NCBI GenBank assembly: GCA_030603245.1
Contig: JAUVYE010000002.1
Span: forward strand, 61 to 64,060
Direction of reading: 5' to 3'
Length of the DNA: 64,000 bases
Origin: a bacterium
Lineage (GTDB): Bacteria; Patescibacteriota; Minisyncoccia; Minisyncoccales; DG-74-3
Made by a program: the position numbers and the translations under genes. Each line of letters begins with the position of its first letter. Position 1 is the first letter of the stretch. This document shows, one piece after another, positions 29,020-39,667 of the stretch. The notes under the pieces are model-generated. The model was not told the DNA's origin. It worked only from the letters and a program-made list of their open reading frames with translations, and made no database searches.

Positions 29020-30536
29020 TTTATTATTTTTTAATCTTTTTTTGGTTTATTCGCCAGGTAAAAGCTGGTTTGTTTTGGTTTTATCTTTGGCAGTTAAAAG
29101 AATATCATATTGGTCGTTTTATTGATCATTTTAGAACAGAAAAAGGAAAAAAACTTTTATTTAATAAACTCGTTATTTTTAAGGTTTTTCTTCTTGTTGT
29201 TTGGATTACTATGGGATATATTTCGGTAGGTTTTGGATTTTTTGACATGATTCATGATTTTATTCTTATTTTTTCTGTTGTCATATTTTTTGTTATGTAT
29301 TTTTTTGAGGGAATAAGAGCCGCAAGCAATTATGTCTCGGGTAAATTTCTTAAACCCGTATTTACGAGAAAAATCCAATTCTTATCTTTAATTGTTTTAA
29401 CGTTTACTTTTGGATTTTTATTTTATACGTTGCGTTTTTCCAGACGCCTTTTATTTAAATTATTGGCATTTGACATTTTTATTCCCCTTATTGTTTCCTT
29501 AATTGTATTAATTTTTCAACCTTTAGCGGTTTTAGGAAGAAATCAGATGATTAGAAAAGCAAAAAAGAAAAGAGAAAAGTTTAAAGAACTTTTAGTTATT
29601 GGAATTACTGGAAGTTATGGCAAAACTTCAACTAAAGAGCTTTTAGCAAGCATTTTGAGTAAAAAATACAAGGTTTTAAAAACAAAAGAACATCAAAATT
29701 CAGAGATTGGTATTTCCCAATGTATTTTAGATGAATTAAACTCATCTCATCAAGTTTTTGTTTGTGAGATGGGAGCCTATGGTATTGGTGGGATTAAATT
29801 GTTGTGTGATATTGCTCAGCCTAAAATTGGTATTTTAACTGGTATTAATGAACAACACATGGCTCTTTTTGGGTCGCAAGAAAATATTATTAAGACAAAA
29901 TTTGAGTTGATTGAAAGTTTACCAAACAATGGGACAGCTTTTTTAAATGGAAAAAACAAACATTGTCTTGAGCTTTACCATAAGACCAAAATTAAAAAAA
30001 TACTTTATGGACAAGAGGCCAAACTTCTTGGAGAAGAGAATATTGAAGGAGCCAAAGCAGTTGCTAAAGAATTAGGAATGAGCGATAACGAAATTTTAAA
30101 AGCTGTTCAAAAAATTGAAAATAAATTTCCAGGAATAGAGCTTAAAAAAGGGAAAAGTGGATTAAACGTAATTGATGCTACTTATTCTGCTAATCCTGAT
30201 GGCGTAATAGCTCATTTAGATTATTTGAAAGCTTGGAAGGGCAAAAAAGTAATTATTATGCCCTGTTTGATTGAGTTGGGCAAATCTTCAAAAGAGGTTC
30301 ATAAAAGAATAGGTGAGAAGATTGGTGAAGTTTGTGACTTGGCCATAATTACAACCAAGGAAAGGTTTAAGGAAATAAAACAAGGAGCAGTTGGAAAGGG
30401 GATGAAAAACGAGAATATACTGTTTTTGGAAAATCCAAAGTTAATTTTTGAAAAGATAAAAGATTTTAATAAAGAAAACGACATTATTCTTTTAGAAAGT
30501 AGAGCGCCAAAACTGCTTATTGAACAATTAAAATGA
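29016..30536 (+). CDS. murF: MurF-like Mur ligase with an N-terminal polytopic membrane region
   Basis: 506 aa. About 170 hydrophobic residues (4-5 helices), then GITGSYGKTSTKE (P-loop of Mur ligases) and ..DATYSANPDG. Confidence 0.7.
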   Translation: MIYYFLIFFWFIRQVKAGLFWFYLWQLKEYHIGRFIDHFRTEKGKKLLFNKLVIFKVFLLVVWITMGYISVGFGFFDMIHDFILIFSVVIFFVMYFFEGIRAASNYVSGKFLKPVFTRKIQFLSLIVLTFTFGFLFYTLRFSRRLLFKLLAFDIFIPLIVSLIVLIFQPLAVLGRNQMIRKAKKKREKFKELLVIGITGSYGKTSTKELLASILSKKYKVLKTKEHQNSEIGISQCILDELNSSHQVFVCEMGAYGIGGIKLLCDIAQPKIGILTGINEQHMALFGSQENIIKTKFELIESLPNNGTAFLNGKNKHCLELYHKTKIKKILYGQEAKLLGEENIEGAKAVAKELGMSDNEILKAVQKIENKFPGIELKKGKSGLNVIDATYSANPDGVIAHLDYLKAWKGKKVIIMPCLIELGKSSKEVHKRIGEKIGEVCDLAIITTKERFKEIKQGAVGKGMKNENILFLENPKLIFEKIKDFNKENDIILLESRAPKLLIEQLK

Positions 30537-31807
30537 TTTTTTCAAAACCAATTTTTACATCATTATCACCCAATACTGAAAAAGATGATATTATTTTAGC
30601 TTTTAAATTGATTTTTCAGCCTTGGAAATGGAAAAAAGGAGATTCAATTCAGAAGCTTGAAAAAGAATTCAGAAGTTATTTGGGAGTAAACAATGTTTTT
30701 GTTTTTAACAGTGGCCGTTCAGCTCTTTTGGCAATTTTAGATTCTCTTGGAATAGTAGAGGGAGATGAAGTTTTGTTGCAGGGATTTACTTGTAATGCAG
30801 CAATTAATCCAATTCTAAAATCAGGGGCTAAGCCAGTTTTTGTAGATATTGACGATACTTTAAATCTTGACCCAAATGATTTGAAAAAGAAAATCACATC
30901 TAATTCAAAAGCAGTAATGATTCAGCACAGTTTTGGCTGGCCAGCCCAGATTGATGAGATTGTAAAAATAGTAAAAGAGAACAATTTGTTTTTGATTGAG
31001 GATTGTGCCCATGCTTTGGGCTCAAGATATAAAGAAAAATTATGTGGAACTTTTGGGGATACTGCTTTTTTCAGTTTTGGTCGGGACAAAATCCTTTCTT
31101 CTGTTTTTGGCGGATTGGCAGTTACTAATAATCATGAATTGGGTAAGAAGATTGTGGTATTTCGGGAAAGAATAAAATATCCTTGCAACTCTTGGATTTT
31201 ACAGCAACTACTGCATCCTTTACTAACAAATTACATTGTGATGCCTGCTTATGCCCTAAGTGCTGTTTTGGGAAGACTTGTATTGGGTTTCTTGCACATA
31301 CTTTCAATTTTATCCAAAGCAGTTTATAAAAAAGAAAAGAGAGGAAAATCTGTCAAACAATTCCCCAAACAGTTTCCCAATGCTTTAGCTGTTCTGGCTT
31401 TGAACCAATTCGAGAAATTAGAGAGATTTAATAAACATAGGAGAGAAATAGCTGCTTTTTATCAAAAAGGGATTAAAAAAGATAATTTTATTTTACCCCT
31501 TGATAAAGAGAAAATTATTGTTGATCCGGTGTTTATGCGCTATCCTGTTTTAACAGATTTGGACACAGATGAGATTCTTAAAAAAGCCAGAAAAAGAAAA
31601 ATCTTTTTAGATGATGGCTGGAGGAAAAGTCCAGTAGTTCCTATTGACACTTGTTTAGAAAAAATGAACTATAAATTGGGTAGTTGTCCAAGAGCAGAAA
31701 AGATTAGTCAGTCAATTATCAATTTACCAACCCATATCAATATTTCTCAAAAAGATGCAAAAAAAGTTATCAATTTAGTAAATGAATATACAAGAGATAA
31801 AAGATAA
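30533..31807 (+). CDS. DegT/DnrJ/EryC1/StrS-family PLP aminotransferase
   Basis: 424 aa. ..AVMIQHSFGWP..EDCAHALGS..SFGRDKIL (PLP lysine). Confidence 0.75.
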   Translation: MIFSKPIFTSLSPNTEKDDIILAFKLIFQPWKWKKGDSIQKLEKEFRSYLGVNNVFVFNSGRSALLAILDSLGIVEGDEVLLQGFTCNAAINPILKSGAKPVFVDIDDTLNLDPNDLKKKITSNSKAVMIQHSFGWPAQIDEIVKIVKENNLFLIEDCAHALGSRYKEKLCGTFGDTAFFSFGRDKILSSVFGGLAVTNNHELGKKIVVFRERIKYPCNSWILQQLLHPLLTNYIVMPAYALSAVLGRLVLGFLHILSILSKAVYKKEKRGKSVKQFPKQFPNALAVLALNQFEKLERFNKHRREIAAFYQKGIKKDNFILPLDKEKIIVDPVFMRYPVLTDLDTDEILKKARKRKIFLDDGWRKSPVVPIDTCLEKMNYKLGSCPRAEKISQSIINLPTHINISQKDAKKVINLVNEYTRDKR

Positions 31808-32789
31808 GAATGTTTGGGAAAGATTTTTTGAACAATCAAAAGAAAAAACATTTCTTCAATCTTGGAATTGGGGGGAATTTCAAAAAGCAATGGGCAGTAA
31901 AATTTGGCGTTTAGGTATTTATGATAATAATAATTTAATTTCTACTTCATTAATGATTAAGATAAAAGCAAAAAGAGGTAACTTTTTATTTGTACCACAT
32001 GGTCCGGCAATGAAGCATCAAGCATTAGAAACATTATTGAATGAGCTGAAGAAAATTGCAAAAGAAGAAAGAGCGGATTTTATTAGAATAGCTCCAATTT
32101 CGGAAAGGAATGATAAAAACATCAAGTTATTTAGAAATTTAGGTTTTAGAAATGCTCCAATTCATATGCACCCTGAATTGAGTTGGGAATTAGATATTAG
32201 TTTTTCTGAAGATGAGCTTTTGATGGGTATGAGAAAAACAACTCGTTATTTAATTAAACAAGGATTAAAAAATAAAGACATTAAAATAATTCAAAGCAAA
32301 GAATTAAAAGACATTGAGATTTTTAATGAAATAAACAAACAAACCGTTAAACGTCACCATTTTATTCCTTTTTCATTAGAGTTTTTGAAAAAACAGTTTT
32401 CTGCTTTTAGGTCAGATAATCAAATTTCTATTTTTTTGGCAAAATATCAAGGAGAAATAATTGCTTCTGGTATCTTTATTTTTTGGCAGAATATAGGGTT
32501 TTATCATCATGGAGCTTCTTCTTTAAAGCATCCTAAGATTCCGGTTTCTTATCTTTTGCAATGGGAAGCTATTAAAGAAGCTAAAAAACGAAATTGTAAA
32601 CTGTTTAATTTTTGGGGAATAATTTCTGAAAAAGAAAAATCTCATCCTTGGGCAGGGCTTAGTTTATTTAAAAAAGGTTTTGGGGGTTATGAGAAAAGCT
32701 ATGTTAAAACTCAAGATTTTCCTATTTCTAAAAAATATTGGTTAATTTTTGTTTTTGAGAAATTGAGAAAAATGAAAAGAAGATTATGA
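31782..32789 (+). CDS. FemAB-family peptidyltransferase (peptidoglycan interpeptide bridge formation)
   Basis: 335 aa. FLQSWNWGEFQ.. N-terminus and ..YHHGASS..YLLQWEAIKEAKKRNCKLFNFWGI typical of FemAB. Confidence 0.7.
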   Translation: MNIQEIKDKNVWERFFEQSKEKTFLQSWNWGEFQKAMGSKIWRLGIYDNNNLISTSLMIKIKAKRGNFLFVPHGPAMKHQALETLLNELKKIAKEERADFIRIAPISERNDKNIKLFRNLGFRNAPIHMHPELSWELDISFSEDELLMGMRKTTRYLIKQGLKNKDIKIIQSKELKDIEIFNEINKQTVKRHHFIPFSLEFLKKQFSAFRSDNQISIFLAKYQGEIIASGIFIFWQNIGFYHHGASSLKHPKIPVSYLLQWEAIKEAKKRNCKLFNFWGIISEKEKSHPWAGLSLFKKGFGGYEKSYVKTQDFPISKKYWLIFVFEKLRKMKRRL

Positions 32790-33592
32790 AAAAGCGCAGA
32801 AAAAGAATGAGAAAACCATATCGAATTAAAAGAAAAAAATCGATTTTTGAAAATCGCTTTTTCAAACCAAGTATTTTGATTTTATTCATTCTAACCACTT
32901 TATTTTATATGGTTTGCTTTTTGAATTTTTTCCAAATTAAACAAATTAAAATTTCTGGGAATGAAAAAGTTGTTAAAGGAAATCTTGAAACAATAATTAA
33001 TGGTTTGATTGAAAAAAAGATATTATCTTTTACTTCTAAAAGTATCTTTTTAATCAATTCAGATCAAGTAAAAAAACAAATTCTTACAGCTTTTCCCTTA
33101 ATTTCATCTATTGATTTTAAAAAAGAGTTTCCCGATAGTTTAATTTTAGAGATTGAAGAAAGAAAACGAGTAGCTGTTTTCGTGCAAAACGATAAAAGTT
33201 TTTTTATTGATAAACAAGGAGTAATTTTTGAAGAAATTCCAGAAACACAATGTAAAAGATTTGAGCTTAGAAATTTAATTCTGAACGAAAGTTTGGCTTT
33301 AGGAGATAAAGCAATTGATACTGCTAAAATTTCTCAGATTTTTAATATAAAATCTGATTTAGGAAGTAGCTTGGGGATTATGATTGATGAAGTTGTAATA
33401 GTCTCTGAACAAAGATTTAATTTTACTACTGCAGATGGTTGGGACATATATTTTAATCCACAAAACAATATTGATTGGCAGATAATAAAGTTAAAAGAGG
33501 TTTTAGAACAAGAAATCCCCAATGAAAATAGGGGACTTCTGGAATATATTGAGTTAAGATTTGGTAATTTTGCTCCGTACAAATATCGTTAA
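32786..33592 (+). CDS. ftsQ: Cell division protein FtsQ-like (POTRA domain)
   Basis: 268 aa. Basic N-terminus, single TM, then IKQIKISGNEKV (POTRA start). Confidence 0.65.
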   Translation: MKKRRKRMRKPYRIKRKKSIFENRFFKPSILILFILTTLFYMVCFLNFFQIKQIKISGNEKVVKGNLETIINGLIEKKILSFTSKSIFLINSDQVKKQILTAFPLISSIDFKKEFPDSLILEIEERKRVAVFVQNDKSFFIDKQGVIFEEIPETQCKRFELRNLILNESLALGDKAIDTAKISQIFNIKSDLGSSLGIMIDEVVIVSEQRFNFTTADGWDIYFNPQNNIDWQIIKLKEVLEQEIPNENRGLLEYIELRFGNFAPYKYR

Positions 33593-35373
33593 TAGATATA
33601 ATAAACAAAAATTGAATAACCGATTTTTTCTACCAACTGATGCTTATCAAGCCAAACATAACAAAAAGCAGGATGTTCTAATTGGGGAATAGGTATTCCC
33701 CGTCCTGATTGTAAAAAGGTGGCTGAAATAGCTAAATAATTATTTTTAGGAAAATCCTGTTCTTGATTTGTACACTCCCATCTCACATATTTTTCTTTTA
33801 GATAATATTCAGGATTACTTCCACCAAAATAATCAACATAGATTTGCTTACCCGCAGGCAGATATTCTTCTGTCCATTTTTCTAATCTTCTTAAGTCTTG
33901 GCCCCAGTCCAAATTAGAATCAACAGTGAAAACATGTCCATTGTTTGGCCCACCAACAATTTCATTAAAATAAGCTAAGAAATGAGGGTAAACAGAAACC
34001 ACAGAAAATGCCTGATAAGCAATTAAAACCCCTAAAATAAATGTTTTTAACTTTAGATTTGGTTTTTTAAGTAGTTTGGCTATAGTTCCCCCTATTAATA
34101 CAAAAATAAAAGGAAGTGTTGGCAAAAGATGGCGCACCCCAATATTTAAACTTGATATTAAGCTGCTAGCCCAATAAATAGCAATAAAAGTAAGCATAGC
34201 AAACTCATTGAAATGAGTTTTAATCCACTCTTGGATTTTCTGACTGCATTTTTTCTTAGAATATATGATTGATTTAAGAATATATATAACAGTGACTAAA
34301 CTGAGGATATGAAAAGTTAAAGGTGCTTTTATGGAATAAACTATTGGAAAATATTTTTTCCAGCCCAAATTAGATACCTCACCCATAAAATAAGTGGTAT
34401 GACCAAAAGCTGCTCTGTGAAATACCATCAATAAACCAGTAAAGTATTGAGCATATGGTCTTAAGATTGGTTTGTCTGATGCCCAGATAATCGGGTTTTT
34501 AATAAATCCAGGATAGTCTTTGAGATAAAGCTGAGCATCTGTTTGTTGTTTTTGAGCAGGATAGTTTAGAACATGATATTGATAAAGAGGCCAGATAACA
34601 ACAAAGCCAATAATCATTATTAAGAAAAATGTTTTAACAATTTGTTTCAGATTGCCTAATTTTAAGAACCAATAAACAAAACTTAAGACAACAAAGAAAG
34701 GTATTAAAAGAATTACTGAGAATTTGCATAGTTGAGCTATTCCAAAAGCAATTCCAGCCAACCATATGTTTCTTGAAATTGGTTCTTGGAGAGCTTTTAG
34801 AAAATAGTAAGTAGCAATAAAGATTCCAGCTGCAGCTCCAACATCTGTGGTAATTAATCTTCCATGAGCAAGAAATGTTGGCGAAAAACAGAATAGGAAC
34901 AGACTAAGCAACGCAGCTTTTTTTCCAAAAAGCTGTTTTGCCCACTTAAAGATATAAAAACCCAATACCATCAAGACAAGAACCATTGGTATTCTTGCCC
35001 AGAATATCATTTTATCTGTTGGGTTATTGCTTTGAAAAAGAAAATAATCACCAAATTCCCACTGACCATTAATGTCTTGCTGCCAAGCCCTGATGTCTGA
35101 TGGAAAGTTTATATTTTTAATAAAAAGCAATGGAAGAGCTGCTAAATCTTTAATCAAAGGAGGATGTTCTGGATTTAAGCGCATATCTTTCTGTGTTAGG
35201 TATGAATAGCCGGCTGGTAAATGTGCTTTTTCATCCATGGTAACAGAATCATTAGCCATACTAGTTATGGCTAAAAAGAACATACAGCCCAAAAGAGCAG
35301 TAGCTATTATATTTGTGATTAGTCTAGCGTTTTTCATATAGCATATTTTACCATATTTTAAGAAATCGAACAT
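33589..35373 (-). CDS. GT-C (family 39 / ArnT-PMT-like) membrane glycosyltransferase
   Basis: 594 aa, more than 10 TM helices. First-loop DE motif (TMDEKAHLPAGYSY). Confidence 0.7.
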   Translation of the reverse strand: MFDFLKYGKICYMKNARLITNIIATALLGCMFFLAITSMANDSVTMDEKAHLPAGYSYLTQKDMRLNPEHPPLIKDLAALPLLFIKNINFPSDIRAWQQDINGQWEFGDYFLFQSNNPTDKMIFWARIPMVLVLMVLGFYIFKWAKQLFGKKAALLSLFLFCFSPTFLAHGRLITTDVGAAAGIFIATYYFLKALQEPISRNIWLAGIAFGIAQLCKFSVILLIPFFVVLSFVYWFLKLGNLKQIVKTFFLIMIIGFVVIWPLYQYHVLNYPAQKQQTDAQLYLKDYPGFIKNPIIWASDKPILRPYAQYFTGLLMVFHRAAFGHTTYFMGEVSNLGWKKYFPIVYSIKAPLTFHILSLVTVIYILKSIIYSKKKCSQKIQEWIKTHFNEFAMLTFIAIYWASSLISSLNIGVRHLLPTLPFIFVLIGGTIAKLLKKPNLKLKTFILGVLIAYQAFSVVSVYPHFLAYFNEIVGGPNNGHVFTVDSNLDWGQDLRRLEKWTEEYLPAGKQIYVDYFGGSNPEYYLKEKYVRWECTNQEQDFPKNNYLAISATFLQSGRGIPIPQLEHPAFCYVWLDKHQLVEKIGYSIFVYYIY

Positions 35374-35381
35374 TTAAATGT

Positions 35382-35408
35382 TTATCACTCTTGACGTTCG
35401 AGCGCTAA
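35382..35408. promoter_or_regulatory. CIRCE operator (HrcA binding site)
   Basis: TTATCACTC-N9-GAGCGCTAA versus consensus TTAGCACTC-N9-GAGTGCTAA (16 of 18). Overlaps the hrcA promoter. Confidence 0.85.
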
Positions 35409-35419
35409 TTTTTTAGAAT
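35391..35419 (+). promoter_or_regulatory. hrcA-grpE-dnaK-dnaJ promoter (TTGACG-17-TAGAAT)
   Basis: The -10 ends only 4 nt before the first ATG (35424) and 7 nt before the second (35427), so the transcript is probably leaderless. Confidence 0.55.
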
Positions 35420-35423
35420 ACAT

Positions 35424-36128
35424 ATGATGATAAATATTAAAAGACAAGATTTAATATTAAGCAAAATTATTCAAGAATATATTGATTTTGCAATACCAGT
35501 AAGTTCTAAAAGTCTTGAAGAAAAGTATAATTTTGGTGTTTCACCAGCTACGATTAGAAATGAAATGCAGAGATTGACTGGTCTTGGTTTTCTTTTTCAA
35601 CCTCATACTTCGGCTGGCAGAGTTCCTACGGATAAAGCTTATCGATTTTTGGTAGATAAAATTTTGTTGAAACAAGAGCTTTTTGAGAAGAAACAAGATT
35701 TCGAAATAAAAGATTTGTCAGATGATCCTTTGAAATTTGTTCAATCTATTACAAGGGCTTTAGCTACTACATCTTCTAGCTTAGCTGTTAGTTATTTGTT
35801 TGATGAAAGATTTTTGTGGAAAGAGGGCTGGGAGGAACTTCTTCAGGCACCAGAATTTCAAAAGACAAGCCGTGTTTCTGATTTTGTGAAATTTTTGAAA
35901 AGTTTTGAACAAGATATTGAGAAAGTTAGTCCTGATTCTAATATCAGAGTATATATTGGGAGAGAAACTCCTTTTCCCAAATCAGCAGAATTTAGTCTAA
36001 TAATTTCAAAATGTTGTTTTCCTGATAAAGAAGAGGGAGTTATTTCAATTTTAGGTCCCAAAAGAATGGCTTATAATAAAAACATTGCCCTGATTAATTC
36101 TTTAAAAAAAATATTAGAGAACTTTTAG
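35424..36128 (+). CDS. hrcA: Heat-inducible transcription repressor HrcA (short form)
   Basis: 234 aa. N-terminal wHTH ..PVSSKSL..GVSPATIRNEM..L...G.L.QPHTSAGRVPTDKAYR. Confidence 0.85.
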   Translation: MMINIKRQDLILSKIIQEYIDFAIPVSSKSLEEKYNFGVSPATIRNEMQRLTGLGFLFQPHTSAGRVPTDKAYRFLVDKILLKQELFEKKQDFEIKDLSDDPLKFVQSITRALATTSSSLAVSYLFDERFLWKEGWEELLQAPEFQKTSRVSDFVKFLKSFEQDIEKVSPDSNIRVYIGRETPFPKSAEFSLIISKCCFPDKEEGVISILGPKRMAYNKNIALINSLKKILENF

Positions 36129-36129
36129 T

Positions 36130-36603
36130 ATGGCAGAGAAAAAGAAAAAAAAGATTAGTCTGTTAAAAAAATACGAAAAGTTGAAAAATGAATATTTAGC
36201 TTGCTGGCAAAGAGAAAGAGCAGATTTTATTAATTACAAGAAAAATGAATTAATAAGAATGGGGGAATTAGTGAGTTATTCTAATATAGATTTGATTTTA
36301 AAAATTCTACCAATTTTAGACAATTTTGAATTAGTTGAAAACAAACTACCAGAACAGTTGAAAAACGATAAAAACATAAAAGGTTTATTACAAATCAAGG
36401 TTCAAATTAAAGATTTTCTTAAAAATCAGAAAATAGAGGAAATAAAATCTATTGGCAAAAAGTTTGATCCTAATTTTCATGAAGTAATTGGCGAGGTTCA
36501 AGTAAGAGGTAAAGAGCAGGGGATAATTGTTGAAGAAATTCAGAAAGGATACAAGTTTAATGAAAGAGTAATTAGAATTGCCAAAGTGAGAGTTGCGAAG
36601 TAA
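36130..36603 (+). CDS. grpE: Nucleotide exchange factor GrpE
   Basis: 157 aa. ..RERADFINYKK..ILPILDNFE..FDPNFHEV. Confidence 0.85.
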   Translation: MAEKKKKKISLLKKYEKLKNEYLACWQRERADFINYKKNELIRMGELVSYSNIDLILKILPILDNFELVENKLPEQLKNDKNIKGLLQIKVQIKDFLKNQKIEEIKSIGKKFDPNFHEVIGEVQVRGKEQGIIVEEIQKGYKFNERVIRIAKVRVAK

Positions 36604-36638
36604 TTAATAAAATAATTAATAAAAAACTTGAAAGTTAT

Positions 36639-38498
36639 ATGTCAAAAGTATTAGGTATTGATTTAGGTACATCCATGACTAAAATGGCTACCATTCAAAA
36701 TGGTGAGCCAAAATGTTTAGAAGCTAGAGAGGGTTCAATATTAGTACCCTCGTTTGTAGCTTTGTCTAAAAGTGAAGAAAGATTGGTTGGTGTTTTAGCT
36801 AAAAGACAAGCAGTTACTAATCCTCAAAATACTGTTTTTGCAGTAAAAAGATTTATTGGAAGACGATATTCAGATCCAGAAGTTCAAAAAGAATTAAAGC
36901 GCTTACCCTATACTACAAGAGAAAAATCTAATGGGGGAGTAGAGATTAAAATGGGAGAGAAATGGTATACACCAATTGAGATTTCTTCTATGGTTTTACA
37001 AAAGATTAAGGCTGATGCGAAAGAAAAGTTGGGCGAAGATATTACTGATGTTGTGATTACTTGTCCAGCAAATTTTGATGACTCTCAAAGAAAAGCAACT
37101 AAAACAGCTGGAGAAATTGCTGGTTTTAAGGTTTTAAGAATAATTAACGAGCCAACTGCAGCTGCTTTAAGTTATGGATTTGGGAGAAAAGAACCAGCCA
37201 AGATTCTTGTTTATGATTTTGGCGGAGGAACATTTGATGTTACTGTTTTAAACATTTCACCTGACACGGTTGAGGTTTTGGCTACTGGCGGAGAAGCTCA
37301 TTTAGGAGGAGAAGATTTTGATCAAAGAATAATTGACTGGATGGTTGATAAGTTTAAAAAAGATCAAGGTATTGATTTATCAAAAGATCCTTTAGCTCTT
37401 CAGAGGTTAAAAGAAGCAGCTGAAAGGGCAAAAATTGAATTATCAAGTGCTTTAGAAACTGAAATTAATCTTCCTTTTGTTTCTGGAGATAGTGCTGGTC
37501 CAAAGCACCTTTATTACAAAATAACCAGAAGTGAGTTTGAAAAATTAAGCAGAGATTTGATTGAAAAATCCATAGAAAGAGTGAAAAAAACCCTTAAAGA
37601 ATCTAAGCTTTCTAAAGAACAGATTGATGAAGTGATTTTAGTTGGTGGTACAAGTTTGATTCCAGCGGCTAAAGATGCAGTTAAGGATTTGTTTGGCAAA
37701 GAACCAAATAAATCAATTAATCCTGAAGAAGTTGTTGCCATGGGGGCTGCGATTCAGGCAGAGATTTTAAAAGCAAAAGAAGAAGGTAGGTCTCCAGAAG
37801 GAGAAATTAAAAGTGTGTTGCTTTTGGATGTTTTGCCCCTTTCTTTTGGTATTGAAACATTGGGTGGGGTAAACACAATAATGATTCAAAAAAATACCAC
37901 TATTCCTACTGATAAGATTCAAATTTTCTCAACCGCAACAGATAATCAGCCTTCGGTTGAGGTTAATGTTCTTCAGGGTGAAAGATCAATGGCAAACGAT
38001 AACAGGTCTTTGGGCAGATTTATTTTAGATGGAATTCCTCCCTCACCAAGAGGTGTTCCTCAGGTTGAAGTTAAGTTTGATGTAAATGCTGATGGTATTT
38101 TAACTGTTATAGCTAAAGATAAGGCAAGCGGTAAAACTCAATCTATCAAGATTGAGGGTTCAATAGGTCTTGCAAAAGAAGAAATAGAGAAAATGAAAAA
38201 GGAAGCTGAAATGCATGCAGTCCAAGATAAAAAAAAGAAAGAATTGGCTGAAGTCAAAAATATGGCTAGTAATTTAATTTATACAAGTGAGAAAACCTTA
38301 AAAGAGCTTGGAGACAAGATTTCTGATGAAGTGAAAAAAGAGGTTAAAGCTAAAATGGAAGCATTGAAAAAAGTTAAAGACAGTGATAGTATGGAAGACA
38401 TTAAAAGTAAGATTCAAGAATTATCTCAGGTTTTACAAAAGATTGGAGCTGAAATTTATAAAAAACCGCCCCAAGCTGAAGAACCAAAAGAAAAATGA
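36639..38498 (+). CDS. dnaK: Molecular chaperone DnaK (Hsp70)
   Basis: 619 aa. [16 protein letters not shown] and [11 protein letters not shown] motifs. Confidence 0.95.
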   Translation: MSKVLGIDLGTSMTKMATIQNGEPKCLEAREGSILVPSFVALSKSEERLVGVLAKRQAVTNPQNTVFAVKRFIGRRYSDPEVQKELKRLPYTTREKSNGGVEIKMGEKWYTPIEISSMVLQKIKADAKEKLGEDITDVVITCPANFDDSQRKATKTAGEIAGFKVLRIINEPTAAALSYGFGRKEPAKILVYDFGGGTFDVTVLNISPDTVEVLATGGEAHLGGEDFDQRIIDWMVDKFKKDQGIDLSKDPLALQRLKEAAERAKIELSSALETEINLPFVSGDSAGPKHLYYKITRSEFEKLSRDLIEKSIERVKKTLKESKLSKEQIDEVILVGGTSLIPAAKDAVKDLFGKEPNKSINPEEVVAMGAAIQAEILKAKEEGRSPEGEIKSVLLLDVLPLSFGIETLGGVNTIMIQKNTTIPTDKIQIFSTATDNQPSVEVNVLQGERSMANDNRSLGRFILDGIPPSPRGVPQVEVKFDVNADGILTVIAKDKASGKTQSIKIEGSIGLAKEEIEKMKKEAEMHAVQDKKKKELAEVKNMASNLIYTSEKTLKELGDKISDEVKKEVKAKMEALKKVKDSDSMEDIKSKIQELSQVLQKIGAEIYKKPPQAEEPKEK

Positions 38499-39580
38499 AA
38501 GATTATTACAAAATTTTAGGTGTTTCTTCTAATTCTTCTCAGGAAGAAATCAAAAAGGCATATTATAAATTAGCCCATAAATACCATCCAGATAAAGGAG
38601 GAGGGGATGAGAAAAGGTTTAAGGAAATAAATGAAGCATACCAGATTCTTTCTGATAAAGAGAAGAAATCGCAATATGATAGATTTGGTCAAGTTTTTGA
38701 TATGGGTGGAAAGGGATTTGACCCTCGAGGTCAGTTCAATTGGGCTTGGGGAAATCCAGGAATGAATTCCGATTTTGATTTTGGTGATTTACAAGAAATG
38801 ATGGAACAAATGTTTGGTTTTAGAACTTCGAGAGCAAGAAGAGATTTTAAAAAAGGAGAAAATATTAGAATAGATATCGAGCTTTCTTTGGAACATGTTT
38901 TAAAAGAACAGAGAAAACAGATTATTTTACATAAAAATATTGTTTGTTCTCGTTGTTCAGGAACTGGAGCTGAGCCAGGAACCAAAATAAAAGAATGTTT
39001 TTCTTGTGGTGGAACAGGTAAAGTTCAGCAAATTAAAAAAACAATTATAGGATCTTATACTAAATATATTGTTTGTCCTGAATGTGGAGGTGAAGGACAT
39101 AAGCCAGAAAAACCTTGTAATGTTTGTAAAACAAAAGGAAGGATTAAAGGAGAAGAAAAGATTGATATTTTTATTCCAGCTGGAGTAGATTTTAATCAGA
39201 TCATTAAGGTTAAAGGTAAGGGACATGCTGGTAGAAAAGGAGGCAAACATGGTGATTTGTATGTTAGAATTTTTGTAAAACCTCATGCTGTTTTTGAGAG
39301 AAAAGGTGATGATTTGTTTATTCAGGTTCCAATTTCTTTTTCTCAGGCAAGTTTAGGTGATGAGATCAGTATTTTAACTTTAGACAAGAAAAAAATTATC
39401 CTTAAAATTCCTGCAGGCATTGAATCAGGCAAGATTTTGAGAATTACTAATCAAGGAATTCCTCATTTTGGAAGCAGGGGCAGAGGTAATTTATATGCTG
39501 AATTAGTGATTAAGACGCCAAAGAAATTGACTAAAAAACAAAAAGAACTCTTGAAAAAATTGAAAGAAGAAGGTATATAA
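38495..39580 (+). CDS. dnaJ: Molecular chaperone DnaJ
   Basis: 361 aa. J-domain with HPD (KYHPDKGG) and four CxxCxGxG zinc-finger repeats. Confidence 0.95.
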   Translation: MKDYYKILGVSSNSSQEEIKKAYYKLAHKYHPDKGGGDEKRFKEINEAYQILSDKEKKSQYDRFGQVFDMGGKGFDPRGQFNWAWGNPGMNSDFDFGDLQEMMEQMFGFRTSRARRDFKKGENIRIDIELSLEHVLKEQRKQIILHKNIVCSRCSGTGAEPGTKIKECFSCGGTGKVQQIKKTIIGSYTKYIVCPECGGEGHKPEKPCNVCKTKGRIKGEEKIDIFIPAGVDFNQIIKVKGKGHAGRKGGKHGDLYVRIFVKPHAVFERKGDDLFIQVPISFSQASLGDEISILTLDKKKIILKIPAGIESGKILRITNQGIPHFGSRGRGNLYAELVIKTPKKLTKKQKELLKKLKEEGI

Positions 39581-39591
39581 TGTATATACTT

Positions 39592-39664
39592 GCCCCCATA
39601 ACTCAATTGGTAGAGTAACAGCCTTTTAAGCTGCAAGTTGGAGGTTCGAGTCCTCCTGGGGGCA
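39592..39664 (+). tRNA. tRNA-Lys (anticodon UUU)
   Basis: Cloverleaf GCCCCCA..TGGGGGC, anticodon loop CTTTTAA, T-arm GGAGG-TTCGAGT-CCTCC. No encoded CCA. Confidence 0.9.
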
Positions 39665-39667
39665 CAT

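Noticed and set aside
39638-39667. Upstream extension of the Ctp ORF and the antisense ORF 39463..39837
   Set aside because: Both run through the tRNA-Lys gene. The ATG at 39668 begins a proper signal/TM sequence.
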